DNA from: Parasynechococcus marenigrum WH 8102
GTDB taxonomy: Bacteria; Cyanobacteriota; Cyanobacteriia; PCC-6307; Cyanobiaceae
DNA length: 32,000 bases
Direction: 5' to 3'
Assembly (NCBI RefSeq): GCF_000195975.1
Contig: NC_005070.1
Location: forward strand, 2,130,001-2,162,000
Part shown: piece by piece, positions 8,970 through 14,860 of the stretch
Layout of the letters: every line of letters begins with the position of its first letter
How positions within the stretch are numbered: the first letter of the stretch is position 1
Program-made: the position numbers and the translations under genes
The notes under the pieces: generated by a model
The model's input: only the letters and a program-made list of their open reading frames with translations
The model's database searches: none
Told to the model about the DNA's origin: nothing

Positions 8970-10388
8970 TTGTTCCGAGTCTGTTCCAACAGGGTCGTGC
9001 CAAAAGTCCTCGAAAAGCGGAAAGTCGCCGGAATCAAAGGTGACATCGTTTTGCTTCAACGCGGGCACAATTCGATTGGTTACTACTACCGGGAATACAG
9101 GTCGCTCACCCGTGACTACAAGTTTCAGAAAATCGAAGGCGCCAAGGACATGTATGAGGCGTGCGAGCAAGCCGTTGATATTGCATTCAAGTTTAAAAGT
9201 GAATTCTCAAAAGAGAAGAAGGTTATAAGCGAGCAAGTTGGCGTATACGCACCAAAAAGACAAAGCAGAAAAAGATATAAGCCAATTAAAGCAGCAATAG
9301 ATGAATATCTTGGCGAGGAAGAGAAGAGGGCACGATCTGGTCTCATACAACCTGGCACTTTCAAGACTAAGAATGAATCCTTCAGGCTGTATATCGAACC
9401 TTATATAGCCTCAAAAGGCATTAAGTATACGCAACAGATAGATCACAGCACCTTTGAAGAATATTTTATTTATCGAGCACGAACAACAGCTCTGATGCGG
9501 CAGAGAGAACTTGCTTTCATAAAGCAATGGATCAATAATTATCTACTTCCTAACAAGCTGCTGAATGAAATGCCATCAAAAGCATGGTATCCGCGACAGA
9601 TCGTCAGACAAACGGATCGAATGGCTAACCCAGCTATAAATCCAGCTGATTGGAAAGTAATTATTGATTACATTCGTGATGATTGGCGACATTATCATGA
9701 GCAGGGAGGAATGAAAGGACCTGCAACAAGAATATGGCGAGATGCCTTTTGGCATTTCTGCCTATTCATGAAAAATACCGGGATGAGTCCTGAGGAGATC
9801 TTGAAACTCAAATGGAAAAACGTCGAGATACGAGACATAGGCAGGATTGACAGCAAAGGCGAACGACAAGAATGGCTAGTTGCGTACATCAACACAATCC
9901 GAGCGAAGACACAACAGATGCGAGAAATACCAACTAACCAAGGCAAAGAACTAAAGAGATATATGCAGATGCTGAAGGACTACTGCGCTAAGTACAAGAT
10001 TCCAAATTCAATAGGACCTAACACGCTGGTCTTTGGCAATCCAAATCTAAACTTCGAACCATATGGCCACTGGCGATACGGAAGGTGCTGGCGTGAAATC
10101 AGAGAAGAACTAGCCGACAAGCTCAAAGGCCACAAGTTCAGCAATCACCCATACACCCTGTACTCAATGCGAGCAACATTTATAGAAGATCATCTGCGTA
10201 GAGGCACAGACATCTTTCTACTGGCACGGATGGCTGGCCACGACGTCAAAGAATTAATGAAGAGCTACGAAAGACTTGACATAAGAGAAAGAACCAAAGA
10301 AATAACGACAATTGAATTCGGCAAGCAGAAAAGCAAGGAGGAAGACTTCCTGATCGACCTGATGCAACCAGAAGACGATCAAATCTGA
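8970..10388 (+). CDS. tyrosine recombinase / phage-type integrase (atypical active site)
   Basis: C-terminal catalytic domain: TGMSPEEILKLKWKNV (box I region), IRAKTQQMREIP, YSMRATF (HxxR position), AGHD, and KSYERL (nucleophile Tyr). The start is uncertain: TTG 8970, GTG 8997 or ATG 9150. Confidence 0.85.
   Translation: MFRVCSNRVVPKVLEKRKVAGIKGDIVLLQRGHNSIGYYYREYRSLTRDYKFQKIEGAKDMYEACEQAVDIAFKFKSEFSKEKKVISEQVGVYAPKRQSRKRYKPIKAAIDEYLGEEEKRARSGLIQPGTFKTKNESFRLYIEPYIASKGIKYTQQIDHSTFEEYFIYRARTTALMRQRELAFIKQWINNYLLPNKLLNEMPSKAWYPRQIVRQTDRMANPAINPADWKVIIDYIRDDWRHYHEQGGMKGPATRIWRDAFWHFCLFMKNTGMSPEEILKLKWKNVEIRDIGRIDSKGERQEWLVAYINTIRAKTQQMREIPTNQGKELKRYMQMLKDYCAKYKIPNSIGPNTLVFGNPNLNFEPYGHWRYGRCWREIREELADKLKGHKFSNHPYTLYSMRATFIEDHLRRGTDIFLLARMAGHDVKELMKSYERLDIRERTKEITTIEFGKQKSKEEDFLIDLMQPEDDQI
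8971..8990 (+). repeat. two TGTTCC repeats 11 bp apart (putative arm-type or operator sites)
   Basis: TGTTCCgagtcTGTTCCAAC. Same motif and orientation as the clusters at 11490-11518 and 14776-14823. Confidence 0.6.
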
Positions 10389-10429
10389 GGCCTCGGCCGA
10401 AAAACAGGTTTCTCAATAAGGGTGAATTA

Positions 10430-10476
10430 TTGACAATTCGCGCATGCGCGAAATTTGAGACTGCTCACGAAATTTG
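10430..10476 (+). promoter_or_regulatory. putative promoter/operator upstream of the 295-aa ORF
   Basis: Consensus -35 TTGACA (10430-10435) is directly followed by the perfect 16-bp palindrome TTCGCGCATGCGCGAA (10437-10452). Two CGAAATTTG direct repeats follow (10449-10457, 10468-10476). No convincing -10 found. Confidence 0.4.
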
Positions 10477-10523
10477 CCATATGCCAAACAAGAGGTTAAT
10501 TTGGCTTTAGAGAACAACTCACA

Positions 10524-11411
10524 ATGACTACTAGCACTACAACAAAAGATCGTCACATTACTGACGAAGAATTTGAAGATATTCTTGAATCAGATACATC
10601 TCAGAAGCTGTCCATGTCGATTGAGAGGCAGCCATCGGCTTTATCTCAATCAGATATCGAGCCTGGCCTGCAGGAAACATTCAATGAGAACTGGGAAGCC
10701 AGTATTATCAGCGGACTAACACCGGATCAAATAAGATTACTCAAAGAAAGAACATATTATGCCAATAAATATTACTGGGCTGCTGGCAAATCAATCAGAG
10801 AGACAGCCAGATACTTAGCTGAGATTAGAGAAAATTGCCAAACAGGAACATGGATGGCATTATGCGAAAGCAACAAGCTTAATATCAGCTCCTCGAAAGC
10901 CCGCGAGCTCGCTAATGTATGGGATAAATGGTTAAAGCATGACTACACTATTCCAGAGCTTGCACTCGTTGATGTCTCCACTCGTACACTCAACTTCGTG
11001 GCAAACATCAAAGACGAGGAAACAAAATTAAAAGCAGTAGGATTACTTCGTGACGGCAACAAGATTTCCGAAGATAAATTAAAAGCTATTTTGAAGGAGA
11101 AGAAAACAGCTACAGATGAAGAAAAAGCCAAGGCAAAGCTGAAAAAAGAATTGGATGAGATTGAAAAAGATGCTTCACTGACTGACTACTCAAAACTTGT
11201 CAAGAAGAGTATCAAGCAAAGTGAATTTAAACTCTCTCAAATGCCGGCAAGGATCAAGAAACTCCAGCAAGAAAACAAGGAATTAGAGGAAAAGCTCGAT
11301 GCCTTGAAAGAGGCAGCCAAAGGCCCTGAAGAAGCAAAGGCCTACATTGAAAAGATACGAGCAACTGCACAAGCCAAGAGAGAAGAAACCTCCTTTGCAC
11401 GCAAAGGCTGA
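10524..11411 (+). CDS. hypothetical protein: acidic N-terminus, central region reminiscent of DUF3102, Lys/Glu-rich coiled-coil C-terminus
   Basis: 295-aa ORF with an ATG start, followed by two hairpins. The segment AAGKSIRETARYLAEIRENCQTGTWMALCESNKLNISSSKARELANVW resembles the DUF3102 pattern from memory only. Confidence 0.7.
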   Translation: MTTSTTTKDRHITDEEFEDILESDTSQKLSMSIERQPSALSQSDIEPGLQETFNENWEASIISGLTPDQIRLLKERTYYANKYYWAAGKSIRETARYLAEIRENCQTGTWMALCESNKLNISSSKARELANVWDKWLKHDYTIPELALVDVSTRTLNFVANIKDEETKLKAVGLLRDGNKISEDKLKAILKEKKTATDEEKAKAKLKKELDEIEKDASLTDYSKLVKKSIKQSEFKLSQMPARIKKLQQENKELEEKLDALKEAAKGPEEAKAYIEKIRATAQAKREETSFARKG

Positions 11412-11448
11412 AGACAAGGGTTCTAAAACCCTGCTTGGAAAGAATTCA

Positions 11449-11474
11449 AGCCTCTACATAAGCAGGGGCTTTTT
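11449..11474 (+). terminator. intrinsic terminator after the 295-aa ORF
   Basis: Stem AGCCTCT / AGGGGCT (one G-U pair), 8-nt loop, then TTTTT. Confidence 0.6.
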
Positions 11475-11489
11475 CATGTTGAGCAGGCA

Positions 11490-11518
11490 TGTTCCATGTC
11501 TTATGCATATATGTTCCA
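11490..11518 (+). repeat. two ATGTTCCA repeats 22 bp apart
   Basis: cATGTTCCATG (11489-11498) and atATGTTCCAaa (11511-11518), in the same orientation as the end clusters. Confidence 0.6.
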
Positions 11519-11915
11519 AAATTCTCTGGAAAGCCAGTGGGGATGGGGGTTGCAAAAGTCTTGGTATAACGTCGACGCCAGACGAGACTCCTAAAATTGC
11601 TAGAGCGGTGGTAGCTAATCAAATTAGTAGCCAAATATAGAGTCGCCTTGTATAAACGAGTAGAAAATATCAGAAGCAAGAATTAACTACAATCTCAACC
11701 TGCCAGCTCAACTAAATTCATCAATTTAAGCAAAAGGGTAATCACATCTGCTATCACAATATATACACAATTCAAAGGATTTTAAAAGCATTGCTTGATT
11801 TAACCCTCTATTAGCTTGAGTCACGCACAGGGCAAAAATTAGAAACACCTAGAAGGAAATATATAATCAAAACTTTTACGTGAACTGTGTAGATCTAGGT
11901 ATGAAAAACTTATGA

Positions 11916-11937
11916 CGTTACGCTCGTTACGCTCGTA
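11916..11937 (+). repeat. 9-bp tandem repeat CGTTACGCT x2.4 (iteron-like)
   Basis: CGTTACGCT CGTTACGCT CGTA, read directly, inside the AT-rich non-coding stretch. Confidence 0.8.
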
Positions 11938-12047
11938 GCACCGTAATCTATATAAGTGCTGTATTAATACCAGCTACGTTTACCATGCCGCCTTTCCCTC
12001 TTATGTCTTTCAACTAGTGTATTAAAAAAAGAATATATAAGGGCTTT

Positions 12048-12100
12048 AGCGTAACGAGTTTTATAACTTTGCAGTCATACCAATGCTTTTGCTCGTTACG
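12048..12100. repeat. inverted pair of the same CTCGTTACG motif, separated by 33 nt
   Basis: AGCGTAACGAG (12048-12058) is the reverse complement of 11923-11933. GCTCGTTACG (12091-12100) is a direct copy of 11922-11931. Confidence 0.8.
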
Positions 12101-12267
12101 GTCTATTTTGTGATTAAGCCAATTTATAAGATTAAACTTTTCCAATATCTCATCAGATATAAAAAAGTTAAAACTAAATTTTGAGATAAAGAAACCCATA
12201 AGATCATGAAAGCATTCAAAGGGTAAGAAGCAAAGTCTGTTAAAATATATGCAAAGCAGCTCAAGAA

Positions 12268-12465
12268 ATGAATATCGAATCAATCGAGACAGCATTATCT
12301 AGAGCAAAAAGGTTTCATCTTGGTAATAATGCGAGAGCTAGATACAACGCACCTGGTGATGACACCAATATTACAATCAATACCAAAGAAAAAGTAGTTG
12401 TTGAGAAGCTTTATTTGGTTATGAATATGGATGATTACTGGGGAACGAAAGATAAAGAAAATTAA
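12268..12465 (+). CDS. hypothetical small protein (65 aa)
   Basis: ATG-started ORF in the island with plausible hydrophilic composition. No recognisable motif. Confidence 0.4.
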   Translation: MNIESIETALSRAKRFHLGNNARARYNAPGDDTNITINTKEKVVVEKLYLVMNMDDYWGTKDKEN

Positions 12466-12554
12466 ATGTACGGTAACTACGAAAAAGAGATGCAACATTA
12501 CCCAACCCTGCGTTCCAACTGATAGTTAGCTTCGAAGTAATTTAATTGAATCTC

Positions 12555-12809
12555 ATGCCACGTTTTCGCAAAGGTCAATTGACTTCAAAGACTGATTTCG
12601 AATATGCAATCTATTGGGAACATTTGAGAGCTGAATATTTCAGAGTTAAAGGAAATCAATCCCAATATGACGAGTGCTTAAGGAGAATCACAGAACTAGA
12701 ATGGCGGAATGCAACACGATTTAGTGCAGACGAAATTGATATCTCTTCAAACAATGATTTACAAGATATTGGCATTGTGCCATCCGATGAAATCTCTATA
12801 AAAGACTAA
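12555..12809 (+). CDS. hypothetical small protein (84 aa; 87 aa if TTG 12546)
   Basis: ORF in the island. A GTTCCAAC motif lies 43 bp upstream of the ATG. No recognisable motif. Confidence 0.45.
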   Translation: MPRFRKGQLTSKTDFEYAIYWEHLRAEYFRVKGNQSQYDECLRRITELEWRNATRFSADEIDISSNNDLQDIGIVPSDEISIKD

Positions 12810-12886
12810 AACTGATAAAAAATTTGCGAGACATCTAATATCATCTGAGATGAGTAATCCGGCTGAACAAAAAAAATAAACATCAA

Positions 12887-13156
12887 CTATGGACAATTGA
12901 TTCTTTCCATCCCAGCTTTGATTGTCTGCTCTTGTTCTCTGAGCTGCTCTATTTCAGCAAGAGCAGGAATAGCAGGCACAAAGGCATTAACTTGAACTGT
13001 GAGAAATGTAACTTCTTCATTCTTTATTTCACGCAATGCGTTAGCACCTGATAGACAAGCAAGAGTTACTGACTTCAGGTCAGCATCCTCTTTTTTCTCC
13101 ACCTTCTTGATTGATGAGATAGCTGAGTGTATATTCTCCATCAGGTTTCCAGTCAT
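12887..13156 (-). CDS. hypothetical small protein (89 aa from ATG), the only minus-strand island ORF
   Basis: ATG-started ORF. The frame stays open 28 codons further upstream and encodes a signal-peptide-like segment (see findings). Confidence 0.45.
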   Translation of the reverse strand: MTGNLMENIHSAISSIKKVEKKEDADLKSVTLACLSGANALREIKNEEVTFLTVQVNAFVPAIPALAEIEQLREQEQTIKAGMERINCP

Positions 13157-13339
13157 TGCGAATACTGTAGTTGGAGTAAGTGCAAGTAATGCACACAGAA
13201 CTATTCCTAGTAATCGGCTAATATCAGTTAGTGGCTTCAGTCAATTCTAATTTCTATAGCCATATGAGCAAGAGCTTTCAGTAAGACAACGCCGGCTAAC
13301 GCCGGCTTTATCGGTTAATGTCCATTCGGAGTTAACCCG

Positions 13340-13723
13340 ATGACATTTCAAACAGTTCCCATTGCATCAGCACAGCTCGACCAACTTGCGGACAATATCC
13401 CTGGGTTCACCAGTGATTAGCAATTACTGAAGGATACGCTACAAACAACGATCTTCGTGTCTGGAGCATCTTCTTCATCTGATGGCCGCGCTTCTTACAT
13501 CCTTGGAAATGAGGGTGAACGTGTGTGGCTTCCTAACACTCTGACATGCTGGATTAACGATCTCAAGATTGTTACTCAAACCTACGAACAATATGATCCT
13601 GTTGAAAAGCTACTTGTTTATGTGACAAGTATAACTCGACATCATGGGTCTACCGAATGGGCTTTGATTCATGGGCAAGCTCGTCATTGCTTACAATCAT
13701 CAAATCGATGTCACCAACAATGA
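13340..13723 (+). pseudogene. 127-codon reading frame interrupted by one in-frame TAG (13418-13420): nonsense-disrupted or readthrough gene
   Basis: ATG 13340 through TGA 13723 is a single frame with one internal amber codon. The track only reports the GTG-started distal part, 13457..13723. Confidence 0.5.
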
Positions 13724-14055
13724 TCAAAAAGCGTATTCAAATTAGCCTTAGGCCTAAAGGTCGCGCTTGTTTTGTTGATGTTTCTGCAATCACAGAAGAT
13801 CAATCTGATTACAAGCGTGTTCAAATCAAGGATATTGATTTAGGCCGCAAGCTCGGATACACCGAGATGCTCGATGTCATTTCGTATTTCCATTTGGCAC
13901 AATCCAGCATGCAAGCCCAGATGGCTCAAGCACCTGTCGAACCCAAGCAGCTACCAGCAAGCTCCGAGAGCTCTTCAGAAGCTCTTGAAGCTATGGCTAA
14001 ACCCAGGCGATCTAGGCGCAAGTCCAAAGCACCTGCAAAGGCTACAACCGCATGA
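13720..14055 (+). CDS. hypothetical protein with Ser-rich linker and basic C-terminal tail (111 aa; 132 aa if ATG 13657)
   Basis: ATG 13720 overlaps the upstream stop as ATGA. The C-terminus is KPRRSRRKSKAPAKATTA. Two strong terminators follow. Confidence 0.55.
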   Translation: MIKKRIQISLRPKGRACFVDVSAITEDQSDYKRVQIKDIDLGRKLGYTEMLDVISYFHLAQSSMQAQMAQAPVEPKQLPASSESSSEALEAMAKPRRSRRKSKAPAKATTA

Positions 14056-14061
14056 ATACAT

Positions 14062-14091
14062 AGCCTCGCATTTCTAGCGGGGCTTTTTTTG
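14062..14091 (+). terminator. intrinsic terminator (first of a tandem pair)
   Basis: Stem AGCCTCGC / GCGGGGCT, loop ATTTCTA, then TTTTTTT. Confidence 0.8.
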
Positions 14092-14100
14092 ATACTTGAT

Positions 14101-14126
14101 AGCCGGTTAACACCGGCTGTTTTTTT
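14101..14126 (+). terminator. intrinsic terminator (second of the tandem pair)
   Basis: Stem AGCCGG / CCGGCT, loop TTAACA, then GTTTTTTT. Confidence 0.75.
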
Positions 14127-14206
14127 AGTGGTCGAAATGTAAAAGATGGATAGTTCCAACCAGGATCTTGCGGCATCAACAACTTCGGCCACCAAACCCA
14201 CTAGCT

Positions 14207-14437
14207 ATGCACACTATGCGCTTCAAAATCCCAGGCCGCGACATCCAAGTTCGCATTGTCGAACGTGTCATGACGAATGACCCACAATATGACATATTTG
14301 ATGTTGGTATTGAGTACCAAGATGGATCAATTGATTCACTCGTCGTACCAGGAAGCGGCTCTTACAAATCGGCAAAGGCTTTTGTCAAACGTATTGACGA
14401 CAAAGCGCAGACAAAAGAATCAATTGCTACAGTCTGA
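14207..14437 (+). CDS. hypothetical small protein (76 aa from ATG 14207; the track ORF starts at TTG 14168)
   Basis: ORF with a GTTCCAAC motif upstream (14153-14160) and a strong terminator downstream. Confidence 0.5.
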   Translation: MHTMRFKIPGRDIQVRIVERVMTNDPQYDIFDVGIEYQDGSIDSLVVPGSGSYKSAKAFVKRIDDKAQTKESIATV

Positions 14438-14445
14438 ATAAAATT

Positions 14446-14471
14446 GCCTGCAATAACTGCAGGCTTTTTTT
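14446..14471 (+). terminator. intrinsic terminator
   Basis: Stem GCCTGCA / TGCAGGC, loop ATAAC, then TTTTTTT. Confidence 0.85.
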
Positions 14472-14542
14472 ATTTTCTATCTATCTTTAGGCTTGCATTA
14501 CTAGCTGCATTTGCGAATATTTAAATAATTGGCATTGGAACG

Positions 14543-14731
14543 ATGGGTATTTTTGCTGCCACATTGTCAAGCGTAAGCATTTTAATTTCTATTCCACTTA
14601 TCCAAACGTATTTAAAGACTAATGAATCAAAACAGGCAATATTAATGGACTGTATTAGCAGGCAAATCATATCTCCGCTATGCACTGATTTGTATCTTCG
14701 AAATCCAGGCAAAACTTACGCTGGACATTAA
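14543..14731 (+). CDS. possible small membrane protein (62 aa)
   Basis: Hydrophobic N-terminus GIFAATLSSVSILISIPLI. It competes with antisense ORF 14521..14712. Weak call. Confidence 0.3.
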   Translation: MGIFAATLSSVSILISIPLIQTYLKTNESKQAILMDCISRQIISPLCTDLYLRNPGKTYAGH

Positions 14732-14775
14732 CGAACCTTTAAATTTTAAGAAGTGTTACAAACCTTAATAGGATC

Positions 14776-14823
14776 TGTTCCATGTCACGTTCCATGCTCT
14801 GTTCCATGTTTGTTCCGTTCCAC
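14776..14823 (+). repeat. array of five GTTCC(ATG) repeats with 12/12/11/5-bp spacing (putative arm-type sites)
   Basis: TGTTCCATG tcac GTTCCATG ctct GTTCCATG tt TGTTCC GTTCCAC. The array ends 38 bp before the right direct repeat. Confidence 0.75.
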
Positions 14824-14860
14824 TGACAGTGGCAAACCCTTTAGTATGACACGAACATGC

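Noticed and set aside
9541-9551. ATCTACTTCCT inside the integrase gene, resembling the att core (TCTACTTC shared)
   Set aside because: Only 8 bp match, it lies within coding sequence, and no flanking similarity was seen. Most likely chance.
12014-12295. 93-aa minus-strand ORF in the AT-rich island spacer
   Set aside because: It is Phe/Leu/Ile/Asn-rich, as expected from random AT-rich DNA. It contains the CTCGTTACG repeat copies and overlaps the start of the plus-strand ORF. It was treated as non-coding.
12999-13250. 83-aa plus-strand ORF
   Set aside because: It overlaps the minus-strand ORF 12887..13156 almost completely. Its product is Ser/Phe-rich with no terminator or start context, so the minus-strand frame is preferred.
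14521-14712. 63-aa minus-strand ORF
   Set aside because: It overlaps the plus-strand 14543..14731 ORF, which at least follows the island's predominant orientation and has a hydrophobic helix. Neither is strongly supported.
14776-14823. Possible mini-CRISPR array from the regularly spaced GTTCCATG repeats
   Set aside because: The repeats are only 8-9 bp long with 3-4 bp spacers, far too short for CRISPR. They fit protein-binding arm sites better.
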